Shown: piece after piece, positions 1 to 8,995 of the stretch
How the letters are laid out: each line of letters begins with the position of its first letter
Numbering within the stretch: position 1 is the first letter of the stretch
Assembly (NCBI GenBank): GCA_964499305.1
Contig: CAZCKR010000002.1
Coordinates: 5,054-41,611 of the forward strand
Source: an uncultured Candidatus Bathyarchaeia archaeon
Lineage (GTDB): Archaea > Thermoproteota > Bathyarchaeia > TCS64
DNA length: 36,558 nucleotides
Reading direction: 5' to 3'
The notes under the pieces: generated by a model
Seen by the model: the letters and a program-made list of their open reading frames with translations, nothing else
What the model was told of the DNA's origin: nothing
Database searches by the model: none
Made by a program: the position numbers and the translations under genes

Positions 1-54
1 GGCATCGCCGGGCTCTAGGGCCTTCTCCGCTTCCTTGTACCAGTTTTGCGTCAT
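1..54 (-). CDS. 5' end of an unidentified CDS leaving the window (MTQNWYKEAEKALEPGDA...)
   Basis: ATG at 54..52 on the minus strand, followed by an open frame to the window edge. Too short to assign. Confidence 0.3.
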   Translation of the reverse strand, partial: MTQNWYKEAEKALEPGDA

Positions 55-249
55 TTTTGGTCAGGATGGAGATTCAGGGGCCGTCCATTAAATGTTCTAG
101 TATTGTTGTATATACGCGTATATGGAATAATACGGGTGTCAACTTATTTTCATCGATGGTTGAGCTTTGAGTAGTACGTTAATCGTCATATCCGTGAGCG
201 GATCGGCTCAATCAAGTCATGGTGGAAGCTGAGGAGGTAACATTTGAGC

Positions 250-1269
250 CTAACTTTCCTCAGGCTTGTATGCTCTATCGATGATGATCTCTGCAATGTC
301 TGCGGCGTACTCGCTTATCCTCATGATGTTCTCCCTGATGGCGAAGAGCTCGAGAAACACGGCTCTGTCGTTGATCCCGAAGCTAGGAAGTGGGCTGATC
401 TTCCTCAGAAGCTGACGCACCTTCTCTTGGTTATTTATGATGTTGTTGGTATCATGTACCTTCTTTAAAATGAAGCACTCCACCGCCTTCTCGTAGGAGT
501 CGAACGAGAGGCGTGCCACCTCGATGAAGACAGCCCAAACACGCAGGGGTATAACGCCTTGGTGCTCGACCAAGTTTACCAGGTGCTGAGCGATGTTCGT
601 GGTGTGGTCGGCGACACGCTCTATCCTGTCAACGAGGTTCTGATAGTCAAGGCAGTCGAGAATATCCAGCCCCAGGTTCCCGGCGAGGGAGGGGGTAATG
701 GCGGCACACCGTATTAAACGGATCAGGTAGAACATGAACTGGTCCACGTCGTCCTCCAAGGACAGAACTGAGCCTGCGAGGTCGCTATCCCAACTCTCCA
801 TGGCCACGAGTATGTCCTCACACATCGAGAGGGTGATTAGGTGCATTCGGTCCAAGCCCTGCTCTACAGACGCCATGGACTCATCCATTAGGGTCTGGAG
901 GATTACCTCGCTTGCGTGGGACTCGATGATCCTCAGGTAGAGGGACTTCACGACGTACCTGATGGCTTTTTGTTGTTTAGTTGTGAAGATCTTCTTCGAT
1001 GTGAGCTGGATCGTGCTGTAGCCGTTGAGATAGCACCCTATAACGATGCGTATGATGGTGTCTTCTTCCTCGTCGGGCTCGATGACGACGATCTTCCTCT
1101 TCTCCCTTTCCCCCGTCCGCATGGTGGGGTGTACCACAAGCGAGAGGTCGCGAAGGATCTCGAGTGATACGACGTCTCCCCTGTCCACGTTGTTCATCTT
1201 CAGCCAGTCCTTGGGGAGAGAGATGACGAGAGACGACTTCCCCAGAGCCATGATCTTCCTGTTTTCCAT
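250..1269 (-). CDS. PhoU-family regulator with N-terminal AbrB/SpoVT-type domain
   Basis: 339-aa ORF. The N-terminus ALGKSSLVISLPKDWLKMNNVDRGDVV is a typical swapped-hairpin AbrB motif. The rest is helical with two PhoU-like repeats, an architecture common in archaea. Confidence 0.8.
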   Translation of the reverse strand: MENRKIMALGKSSLVISLPKDWLKMNNVDRGDVVSLEILRDLSLVVHPTMRTGEREKRKIVVIEPDEEEDTIIRIVIGCYLNGYSTIQLTSKKIFTTKQQKAIRYVVKSLYLRIIESHASEVILQTLMDESMASVEQGLDRMHLITLSMCEDILVAMESWDSDLAGSVLSLEDDVDQFMFYLIRLIRCAAITPSLAGNLGLDILDCLDYQNLVDRIERVADHTTNIAQHLVNLVEHQGVIPLRVWAVFIEVARLSFDSYEKAVECFILKKVHDTNNIINNQEKVRQLLRKISPLPSFGINDRAVFLELFAIRENIMRISEYAADIAEIIIDRAYKPEES

Positions 1270-1355
1270 CGCATGTATTCTATAAGGAAATACTAATATA
1301 ACCTATACTCATAGCCCCCTAAGCTGAAACAATATATATCGGTATAGATAAAACC

Positions 1356-2030
1356 CTATTTCTCAGACATAGTCCTGAGGATTCTATCAGCATCGCATAA
1401 ACGATCCTCAGTGTCGGTGTCGAAGAACGTGTACAGCTCCGGGTCAACGCTCCTCAACTGATCAACAGGGATCAGTGACACATCATCGAGGCTCAGGAAG
1501 ATCATCCGAACCCGTAGATCACCTTCTCTGTAGAGTCGCTCGGCCTCCCCGAGCGCGGACTCGACGTTATAGACTGCTACGAGAGGTTCTATCCAGCCGT
1601 TGGGTTTCTCGAACACAGCGCCGTCGCGGCCCTCAGCCTCGGCGAACAACATCTCCACCGCCTCGTCGCAGATGAACGGCATGTCACATGCGACGGCGAG
1701 CGCGTACTCACCCTTGCAGCATGATAACCCCGTCATAAGGCCGACGAGAGGAGAGCCCTCAGGGTACATGTCCGTGACGACGCCGTCTACGACTTGCCCA
1801 TATTTTTCCTTCTGCTCTTCCGAGGCAACGACGACGATGACCTCGTCTACATGGTCACGGATCTTGTCAACGATGTGGTTGACGAGGGGCTTACCCGCGA
1901 GGAGACGGAGACCCTTATCCTCCCCCAGCCTCGTGGAGGAGCCCCCAGCTAACACGATCCCTGACCTTGTCAATACGCGTCTATTCCTCCTCGTCCACAC
2001 GCAGGGTTTCCTCTCGATCCTTAAGGGCAT
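1356..2030 (-). CDS. mobA: Molybdenum cofactor guanylyl/cytidylyltransferase (MobA-like)
   Basis: Contains IVLAGGSSTRLG (nucleotide-binding loop) and ACDMPF motifs; about 200 aa. The ATG at 2030 overlaps the upstream ORF by 50 nt. A TTG at 1973 just before the GIVLAGG strand is an alternative start. Confidence 0.75.
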   Translation of the reverse strand: MPLRIERKPCVWTRRNRRVLTRSGIVLAGGSSTRLGEDKGLRLLAGKPLVNHIVDKIRDHVDEVIVVVASEEQKEKYGQVVDGVVTDMYPEGSPLVGLMTGLSCCKGEYALAVACDMPFICDEAVEMLFAEAEGRDGAVFEKPNGWIEPLVAVYNVESALGEAERLYREGDLRVRMIFLSLDDVSLIPVDQLRSVDPELYTFFDTDTEDRLCDADRILRTMSEK

Positions 2031-2274
2031 TGAAACCCAGAATTTTAACTTTAACAGATGAAGGGATCATATGCGTAGCAACGATCTTCAAACAAGTGTT
2101 CTTCCCTGAAATGCTCGTAGGATTCAACGCCGCTGGGGCGTATATCATCTCCTCGACCTCAATCGGAACGGGGATGGCTATTACCAATCTGCGGCTTTCA
2201 GGGATAACGGTTTTCTCTACGGTCACAGATATCTCCTCCACGTCCTTGAAGTTAATCTGAAGCATATCTTTCAA
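1981..2274 (-). CDS. Hypothetical small protein (97 aa)
   Basis: ORF co-oriented with and wedged between the flippase and MobA genes. No recognisable motif. An antisense ORF of equal length exists (1967..2260), so coding status is uncertain. Confidence 0.35.
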   Translation of the reverse strand: MKDMLQINFKDVEEISVTVEKTVIPESRRLVIAIPVPIEVEEMIYAPAALNPTSISGKNTCLKIVATHMIPSSVKVKILGFNALKDREETLRVDEEE

Positions 2275-3841
2275 TGATCCTAAGTACAGGCCTTACGAGA
2301 CCCGATATCGGGCCAATAGACTCGGTGATGATCCTTATATCGTGAACATCACTTTTCGATAAAGCCCCTAGGACGACCACCCCTGCAAGATAGATCACGA
2401 GGACAAGGACCCCGCCCGAGAAGAGTTCAAACCAGGGATTCCAAGATACCAGAGAAAACAAGTAAGTAGCCGCTACGAACCCGGCGAAAGACGGAATGAA
2501 CGTCTTCACAGTGGCCTGATAATCCGGGGAGAATCCAAACTCATTCTTTATCGACCAAAGTGTAAACATCGTCCCGACCCTAGGGGAGAGAAGTTCTGAT
2601 ACCAGAAGTCCAATTACTCCATATCGTGGAACGAGGACAATGTTTAATGGAATGGTGACAAGGTTCTGGACCAGATTAATTTTAAGGGTGGTCTTGGTCA
2701 TATGCTGGCTATTTAACAACCTATGATTACTTAGAGAGCCTAGGCCGGTGAAGAAGAATAGGGCGAGATAGAGCTTCATGTAGAGGGCGGCCTGAGGGTA
2801 GTCGTGCTCGTAGAGTATCTCGATGATCTGGGGCGACATGGCGATTATCGCCGCGACCATGGGGTATACGATGAGGGACGTGTACTTGATGGACGCCCTA
2901 TAGACGTACTCCAGGTCCTCCTGCTTGTTCTCGAACTTGGAGAACAGCGGCAGCATAGTCTGGGAAATAGGAGTAACGACGAAGCCCAGGAGGGCTGAGA
3001 ACCTCGTCGCGACGCTATAGTTTCCGATGAGGTTGTCGGCTACGAACTGGGAGAGCAGATAAATGTTTATGTGGGGCCTGATCCCGGCTACGATGTTGGA
3101 GAAGAACAGCGGGTAGCCGTATGCCATCAACATTTTAATGCCTTCCACATGGGAAAGATTGGACTGCGATTTCTTCACCGACTTCCATATCATATAGACA
3201 AACACTAGGCCCAGAACCCCGGCGAACATCATCGGGCCGGCTTCCCCCAACGCGGCCCCTACAGGCCCGTAACCCAGATAGACGAGGATAGGCCCGGTCA
3301 GGCTCTTCAGGATCGAGTAGAGGATAGAGTGGTAGCTCTTCAGGGACATTCGTTCGTAGCCGATTATCACCGCCCACGACGTGGTGACGAGGGATTGACC
3401 AAGGATCGCGATGGAGAAGACCTTGACTAGCACCTCTATCTCTGGCTCATGAAAGACCTGTTTCGCCAAGAATCCGGCCGAGAGGTATGTGGCGAATGAA
3501 TAGAAGAGGCCAAGGGCAACGCTAATGATTAGCCCAGATTCTATTAGGAGGCGCAGGTTCTCGTTCTTCCTCTCGTATCTGAACTGTGAGAGGTACTTGG
3601 TGAGGGCCTGATCTGTGCCAACGTTTATGAGGAGATACGCTACCCCTATCGGGGCCTGAGCGATCGAGACTATGCCGAAAGTTGTGGAGCCTAGGACCCT
3701 TGAGACGTAGATCATCCCAAGGGCGACGATGAGGGTCGACGCGACCTGCCCCATCACGAGTATGAGGCTTCCCCTTGCAGATCTCTTCAGAATCTTTGAG
3801 AGCTCACGGTCCAGAATTTTTCCCTGCCTGTTCCTCTTCAA
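2252..3841 (-). CDS. MOP-superfamily polysaccharide/oligosaccharide flippase (Wzx/RfbX-like)
   Basis: 529-aa ORF that is hydrophobic throughout (about 12-14 predicted TM segments), with the basic N-terminus typical of polysaccharide biosynthesis protein family members. Confidence 0.8.
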   Translation of the reverse strand: MKRNRQGKILDRELSKILKRSARGSLILVMGQVASTLIVALGMIYVSRVLGSTTFGIVSIAQAPIGVAYLLINVGTDQALTKYLSQFRYERKNENLRLLIESGLIISVALGLFYSFATYLSAGFLAKQVFHEPEIEVLVKVFSIAILGQSLVTTSWAVIIGYERMSLKSYHSILYSILKSLTGPILVYLGYGPVGAALGEAGPMMFAGVLGLVFVYMIWKSVKKSQSNLSHVEGIKMLMAYGYPLFFSNIVAGIRPHINIYLLSQFVADNLIGNYSVATRFSALLGFVVTPISQTMLPLFSKFENKQEDLEYVYRASIKYTSLIVYPMVAAIIAMSPQIIEILYEHDYPQAALYMKLYLALFFFTGLGSLSNHRLLNSQHMTKTTLKINLVQNLVTIPLNIVLVPRYGVIGLLVSELLSPRVGTMFTLWSIKNEFGFSPDYQATVKTFIPSFAGFVAATYLFSLVSWNPWFELFSGGVLVLVIYLAGVVVLGALSKSDVHDIRIITESIGPISGLVRPVLRIIERYASD

Positions 3842-4071
3842 TACCGATGTTAGCCATTTTATCTTTGTCTAGTCTCTTTGACGACGTTATTATAGTTATG
3901 TTAGTTTAGTGCGCCGTTTCGTCGCGAAATTGCGGCTTCTAGTGGGTTTTGTTTGTTCAGTTTGTTGCGAAGATGTGTTTCTCATGTTTTTTCTGGTTGT
4001 TTGGGTGGTATGTATTTAATTATATGTTATTTACTCTCATATGTTGAGGATAACGGTAGGGTTGTAGCATC

Positions 4072-5388
4072 ATGTACGGAGACCTTTCATCCGAAGTCGT
4101 TCACTGCCCAAACTGTAACGAGGACGTACCCAAGACGCTGTACTGCCTGAACTGCGGGTACCCCCTCTACAAGATAGAGCAGGAAGAGAAGGCCGAAGTT
4201 CAACCGGAAGCAGAGCCCGAGGCACTCGAAGTCGTAATCCCTGAGGAGCCGGAGGTCGATATGAGTATTGAGATTGAACAACCAGAGGAGACTTTCGTAT
4301 TAGAGGAACCAGAGCATGAGACGAAGCCAGAACCCGAGCTAGAACCAGAGCTTGCTGAACCTGAGCCAGATCTAGAACCGGAACCTGAGCCAGAGCTTGA
4401 GCCAGAACCCGAGCCGGAACTAGAACCAGATATCGAAATCGAGACGACGATAAAAGTAGAGGAAGTGGTGGCTGAGGAGGAGGCTCCGCCTGAGCAAGTG
4501 AAGCCAGAAATCCACGTCGAAAAACTTGAGGAGGAACCCATGGAGCCGACCGTGGAGGAAGAACCAGTAGAAGCCGAGCCTATGCTGGACATGGAGACCG
4601 AGGCAGACATAGTTATGGACGAGGAAGAGCTCGAAATGGAGCCAGAGCCTGAGGAAGAGGCCATCGAAGAGCCCCATGAGGAGGAGCTAGAGGTGGAGGA
4701 ACCCGTCGTAGAGGAACCAGAAATAGAGGAGGAGGCTCCCCTGCCTGAGGTCGACGAGGAGTCAGTTATTATGGAACCCGAGGAACCGGAAAAGATTGTT
4801 GAGTTCATGGAAGAGGAACCGGAGTTGATGGAAGCTATCAGACTTGAATTCGCGCCAGACCCCCTGACCAAAGAGGTCATGGACAACCTTGCCAAGAACA
4901 TCACCCTAAAGATTAGGCTCGTACGTCTGCTACGAGACGGCCAGGTGAAGGAGGAGACTTTCAAGAAGCTCTTCGACAGCTACGTCGAGCAGGGGCGGAT
5001 CTGGGTCAGCCGCCGGGACGACACCGTGAGACGGTTCAAGGCAGACATCGAGAGGATGGATGAGTCCCTGATAACCGCGCGTAAGGACTTTGAGCTGCTT
5101 GAGATCAGGAGGAATATTGGTGACGCCGACGATGAGGAGTATAAGGTTAAGGCGCCCGCCTATAATTGGGACATGGAGCACCTTGAGAGTGAGATAAAGA
5201 ACCGTAAGGGCGGCGTCCTTTATGTAGCGAACCTCAGGAAGCTTGTGCCCGAGGAGGAGATCGTCGAGCTTGAGAAGATGGCTGACACGGACTACGGCGA
5301 ATTGGACAAGTTAGAGGACATAACGGCTGACACGATAGCGAAGATGAAGGAGACCCTCGCGGAGTCCCTCAACATCCTCAACTCATAG
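4072..5388 (+). CDS. Zinc-ribbon protein with long acidic Glu/Pro repeat linker and C-terminal coiled-coil domain
   Basis: CPNC-x12-CLNC zinc ribbon at aa 12-28. About 220 aa of E/P-rich low complexity follow. The C-terminal 170 aa are helical, with ELLEIRRNIGDADDEEYKVK reminiscent of CdvA-type coiled coils (weak, by eye). Confidence 0.7.
   Translation: MYGDLSSEVVHCPNCNEDVPKTLYCLNCGYPLYKIEQEEKAEVQPEAEPEALEVVIPEEPEVDMSIEIEQPEETFVLEEPEHETKPEPELEPELAEPEPDLEPEPEPELEPEPEPELEPDIEIETTIKVEEVVAEEEAPPEQVKPEIHVEKLEEEPMEPTVEEEPVEAEPMLDMETEADIVMDEEELEMEPEPEEEAIEEPHEEELEVEEPVVEEPEIEEEAPLPEVDEESVIMEPEEPEKIVEFMEEEPELMEAIRLEFAPDPLTKEVMDNLAKNITLKIRLVRLLRDGQVKEETFKKLFDSYVEQGRIWVSRRDDTVRRFKADIERMDESLITARKDFELLEIRRNIGDADDEEYKVKAPAYNWDMEHLESEIKNRKGGVLYVANLRKLVPEEEIVELEKMADTDYGELDKLEDITADTIAKMKETLAESLNILNS
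4177..4837 (+). repeat. Low-complexity acidic (PEPELE-type) coding repeat region
   Basis: Degenerate tandem GAnCCnGAG-type repeats, clearest at 4318-4438 (EPELEPELAEPEPDLEPEPEPELEPEPEPELEPD). They create the spurious Ser/Gly-rich antisense ORF 4200..4964. Confidence 0.8.
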
Positions 5389-5485
5389 TCTTATACCATA
5401 AAAATCAAGTAAAACCACATTTTCAAGTAAAATCACATATTTTTTACTAATTTTAATCCAAATATCCGCATTAGGCAGTGAAAAA

Positions 5486-5821
5486 ATGGAGCGGGGATAC
5501 AGATATGGAATAGAGATTCACATTCCACGACTCGTAAATTCGATGGAAAGCGACCTCAAAGCAGCCATGGATAAAAGACACAGATCAGTGATCGTAAACC
5601 CAGGTGACGTAGAGTTCATCGACATAGTGAGCCAAGAACTTCTTGGTAACGACTGCTACGGTCTAGCCTCAGACATGATCATCACGTCTGAACAAAACAG
5701 ATCGAGTCATATGCCGGTCGAGGGATCTAAAGACACACTGAATCGACTGATGACTCTCCAGAAGGCTCTAAGACAGCAGGACATAAAGGTGGGCTATACT
5801 AAGAAGTTAAGCAGGATCTGA
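5486..5821 (+). CDS. Hypothetical protein (111 aa)
   Basis: ATG-initiated ORF preceded by an AT-rich region containing a 16-bp direct repeat. No motif recognised. Confidence 0.5.
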   Translation: MERGYRYGIEIHIPRLVNSMESDLKAAMDKRHRSVIVNPGDVEFIDIVSQELLGNDCYGLASDMIITSEQNRSSHMPVEGSKDTLNRLMTLQKALRQQDIKVGYTKKLSRI

Positions 5822-5828
5822 TCGGTGT

Positions 5829-6596
5829 TCAAGGCGTAGACGCCGAGTCGTCCAGTCTAGCTTCGGGTGGTACTTTGCTAGATGAATCCATTGTTCTCTG
5901 TTCATTATAGAAAAAGAATAGAGTCACAGACAAGATGACGACCGCCAGGACCCCTAGGACAAGGTAACTGTATGATATCCTAGAAATCGACGAAGCCAGC
6001 ATATTACTCACAAAGGGGATGGAAACATAGACCATTACGCTGAGTAAGGCGGAGGCAAACACGAGTCCAATCGTCAAGATGCTCTGTTTCACGAATATCT
6101 CCTGGACCCGACTATCGTCGGCTCCTCTCTCCACAAGCTCCCGGCTGGTCTCCTTGAATCTCGACGTGAAGAGAAGGGAGATGTAACCTACAAGTATGAC
6201 GACTCCTGTGAGGAAGACCATGGCTGGGCCCCGCGTGGGTTCAAGTATCTGAGGCTTCTTTATGAGGTTCATCCAGTTAAGCTTAGAGAAGCTCAACGCC
6301 TCAGGAGAGATGAGCACGAGGTTTATCTCGTATATATCAATCATGTTCTCCGGTTTCCCGATGGCGTAGTCGTAGATAACGACAAGGAACACTATTGCGC
6401 TTACCAACAAGGGTACGATCTTTGTAACATCCGTGGTGGATATCGTCAGGATGTCGTACATGGCTAAAACCCTGTTGATTAACTGGCTAACTGAGTCGTA
6501 CAGGGAGGATGCGAAGAAGGAGTTGATCGCGAGGTAGCTGCTCCCAATGGTAATCAGGACCTCGTATACCCTGATCAATGCGCCGCCCCTGTTCAT
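5829..6596 (-). CDS. Integral membrane protein, last gene of the MoxR/DUF58/transglutaminase operon
   Basis: 255-aa ORF with several hydrophobic helices. Its start overlaps the DUF58 stop by 4 nt (translational coupling). Confidence 0.65.
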   Translation of the reverse strand: MNRGGALIRVYEVLITIGSSYLAINSFFASSLYDSVSQLINRVLAMYDILTISTTDVTKIVPLLVSAIVFLVVIYDYAIGKPENMIDIYEINLVLISPEALSFSKLNWMNLIKKPQILEPTRGPAMVFLTGVVILVGYISLLFTSRFKETSRELVERGADDSRVQEIFVKQSILTIGLVFASALLSVMVYVSIPFVSNMLASSISRISYSYLVLGVLAVVILSVTLFFFYNEQRTMDSSSKVPPEARLDDSASTP

Positions 6597-8011
6597 CTCC
6601 TTCCCACCTGAGCGAGGAGCACCTCGGTGATCGATTGGCGAGTCGGGTGCCAGTTCACTGCCATCAAGCCGAGGCCTCTTAGCTTTTTCAGATACGCGTT
6701 CTCTTGGTACTCCAGAAGTTGGGCTGCGGTCTTGTCGCCTCTCTTCCTTACAGTGAGGCTGTAGCCGGAGACGTTGACGACCATGATGTTCGGGCTCTGC
6801 CTCCGCGCCTTCCTTGTGTACTTCGTGAGCTCCCTCACGCCGGAGACTAGGCTGTCAAAGTTATTGTCATGGACGCGGGTAACTATGACGAATAACGGGT
6901 TGGTGCCGTGGAGGTGACCCCTGACGTACCCCACGGTCTCATGGAGGCTGTAATATGTAGAGGACATCTCGGTGTCCAGCATCATCCTATGGACCCTATA
7001 CAGCTGTATCTTACCGGTTTCAGGGAAAAGCAGGACGCCCCTTCCGATACCTGTGTGTCCCGGCTTCTCCACTTGTACAGAGTCTCCCTGATCTTGTTCT
7101 CTGAACCTACCTGAGAGATGCCTTACTTTGTCGCCATCCCTTACACCGCTTTCGCTGTTGTATAGAGCCAGACCCAGCTTGCACTGTCTGGATATATAAA
7201 ACTCCGAGAGACCGAGCACGGCCTGGACGGCGTACTCGAAGCTATTACGCAGATCCGTCCCCAGGCTTAGCGAGGTTGATGTGTCGAGGAAGATGAAAAC
7301 TACGCGTCGTCCCTCTTTCTCGTACTCGTTGACTGTGGGTACGTGCTGGACGCCGCGGTAGTTCCTCGCCGTGGCCTTCCAGTTTATCTGCTTATAGGAG
7401 TCGCCCCAGTTGTAGTCCCTGAGCTCCTTGAAGTCGGTAGTGGGTACGCCGATCTTGATCCTGGACTCCGCGGGCATGGGAATCTTGGTGAAGATCTTCT
7501 GCTGGCGTATCCTCTTGATCCTTAGTCCCTTGGGCTTCACGATCAGCTCCTGTCCCATAGGGAAGACGCCTGACAGCGTAGGGGTCATGTACATGGGGTG
7601 CCTAGCCTCCCAGTTCAACCGGTTTAGCTGGTAGGTGCCCCTCCTGGTGCATTTCACCCTGTACCTCAGCTCGATCTCCGTGGGCCTGGGCTCCTTCCAG
7701 AACACCTGGAAGTTGTTGCCTCTGAGAAGCTCGAAGCTAGGTGGCAGCTCCTCCCCGAGGGTCACGAGGCCCCACCCCGCTCGGACGGTGACGCTTCTCG
7801 AGATCTCCAGCTCTTCGTCGACCTCGACGCTGATGGATTCCTCAAATGGAGGAATGGTGAGCTCCTCTGGGCTCTCTATGAGGAGGGAGATGACCACGAA
7901 GAAGAGAGGTATGAGCCCCAGATAGATCAGAATCATGTTACCGGTGGCCATCCCAGTCAGGATGAAGCCGAAGGAACTCAGGCTGAGCCTCAGGGGGACA
8001 CCTGTAAGCAT
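6593..8011 (-). CDS. DUF58-family protein (vWA-like, MoxR partner)
   Basis: N-terminal TM pair, then VVFIFLDTSTSLS (DxSxS MIDAS-like motif). Sits immediately downstream of MoxR, as is usual for DUF58. Confidence 0.8.
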   Translation of the reverse strand: MLTGVPLRLSLSSFGFILTGMATGNMILIYLGLIPLFFVVISLLIESPEELTIPPFEESISVEVDEELEISRSVTVRAGWGLVTLGEELPPSFELLRGNNFQVFWKEPRPTEIELRYRVKCTRRGTYQLNRLNWEARHPMYMTPTLSGVFPMGQELIVKPKGLRIKRIRQQKIFTKIPMPAESRIKIGVPTTDFKELRDYNWGDSYKQINWKATARNYRGVQHVPTVNEYEKEGRRVVFIFLDTSTSLSLGTDLRNSFEYAVQAVLGLSEFYISRQCKLGLALYNSESGVRDGDKVRHLSGRFREQDQGDSVQVEKPGHTGIGRGVLLFPETGKIQLYRVHRMMLDTEMSSTYYSLHETVGYVRGHLHGTNPLFVIVTRVHDNNFDSLVSGVRELTKYTRKARRQSPNIMVVNVSGYSLTVRKRGDKTAAQLLEYQENAYLKKLRGLGLMAVNWHPTRQSITEVLLAQVGRR

Positions 8012-8017
8012 GGCACT

Positions 8018-8992
8018 CTACCTGCGCACGATTTCCTTGGGGGCCTCCACCTTCTCCAGCACCGAGCTCACTATGGACTCGGGAGTGACTCTGTCATCGA
8101 GGGCATACTCGAGCTTCATTATCATGCGGTGGGCCAGGGCGTCGACGGCATACATCTTCACGTCGTCCGGTATGACGTAGTCTCTCCCATTCAACGCGGC
8201 GTTAGCCCTGGATACCTTGAACAGGCTGAGCCCGCCTCTTGGGCTGGAGCCCACCTCGACGTAGGGGCTCTGACGGGTGGCCCTCACGATCTTGGATATA
8301 TACAGGTATATCTGGTCGTCCACATAGACCTCGGTCTCTACATGGTCTTGAAGCTCCCTGAATGCCTCCGTGGTCATCACGCTGTTGATGAATTCGGTTG
8401 GATCATCCTGTCTCCAACTGGATCTCCGTCTCAGTATATCCGCCTCAAGCTCCTCCGAGGCCACGTAGCCTGTGGACAGCTTGAGTTGGAAGCGGTCGAG
8501 CTGAGCCTCGGGGAGTGGGTACGTCCCCTCCAGCTCTATAGGGTTCTGTGTGGCGACTACGAAGAAAGGGCGGTCAAGCGGGTATGTCTCTCCCTCGATG
8601 GTGACCTGTCTCTCCTCCATGCACTCCAGCAAAGCGGATTGAACCTTCGGCGGAGACCTGTTGATCTCGTCCGCCAGCAGTATATGGGTGAATACTGGGC
8701 CTTTCTCGAGGGAGAACTCTCCCGTGTTCATACGCCATATCTTCGTCCCGATGATGTCGGCTGGCATCAGGTCCGGCGTGAACTGGACCCTGCCCCAGTC
8801 ACACCCTGTGGCCTTCGAGAACACCTTTGCCAACAGGGTCTTACCCAGGCCGGGGTTGTCTTCGAAGAGTATGTGGCCGTTCGCTAGTGCAGCGGCCAGC
8901 ACCTTCTCAAGGAGCTGTCTGTCCCCGACGAAATATTTCTGCACAGTGTCGAGGATGCTGTCGCATGCGGTCTTGACTTCGTGGATCTGCAT
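8018..8992 (-). CDS. moxR: MoxR-family AAA+ ATPase
   Basis: Walker A (NPGLGKTLLAK), Walker B (ILLADEINR), TQNPIELEGTYPLPEAQLDRF and about 320 aa length are all characteristic of MoxR/MRP. Confidence 0.9.
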   Translation of the reverse strand: MQIHEVKTACDSILDTVQKYFVGDRQLLEKVLAAALANGHILFEDNPGLGKTLLAKVFSKATGCDWGRVQFTPDLMPADIIGTKIWRMNTGEFSLEKGPVFTHILLADEINRSPPKVQSALLECMEERQVTIEGETYPLDRPFFVVATQNPIELEGTYPLPEAQLDRFQLKLSTGYVASEELEADILRRRSSWRQDDPTEFINSVMTTEAFRELQDHVETEVYVDDQIYLYISKIVRATRQSPYVEVGSSPRGGLSLFKVSRANAALNGRDYVIPDDVKMYAVDALAHRMIMKLEYALDDRVTPESIVSSVLEKVEAPKEIVRR

Positions 8993-8995
8993 CCA

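Noticed and set aside
4200-4964. 254-aa Ser/Gly-rich ORF antisense to the acidic-repeat gene
   Set aside because: It is the mirror image of the GAG/GAA/CCn-rich repeat. It is low complexity with no start context. The sense gene has a zinc ribbon and a structured C-terminal domain.
8129-8887. 252-aa ORF antisense to the MoxR gene
   Set aside because: The MoxR frame carries unambiguous Walker A/B motifs. The antisense product is Gly/Val/Leu/Arg-rich with no motif, which is typical of a stop-poor antisense frame.
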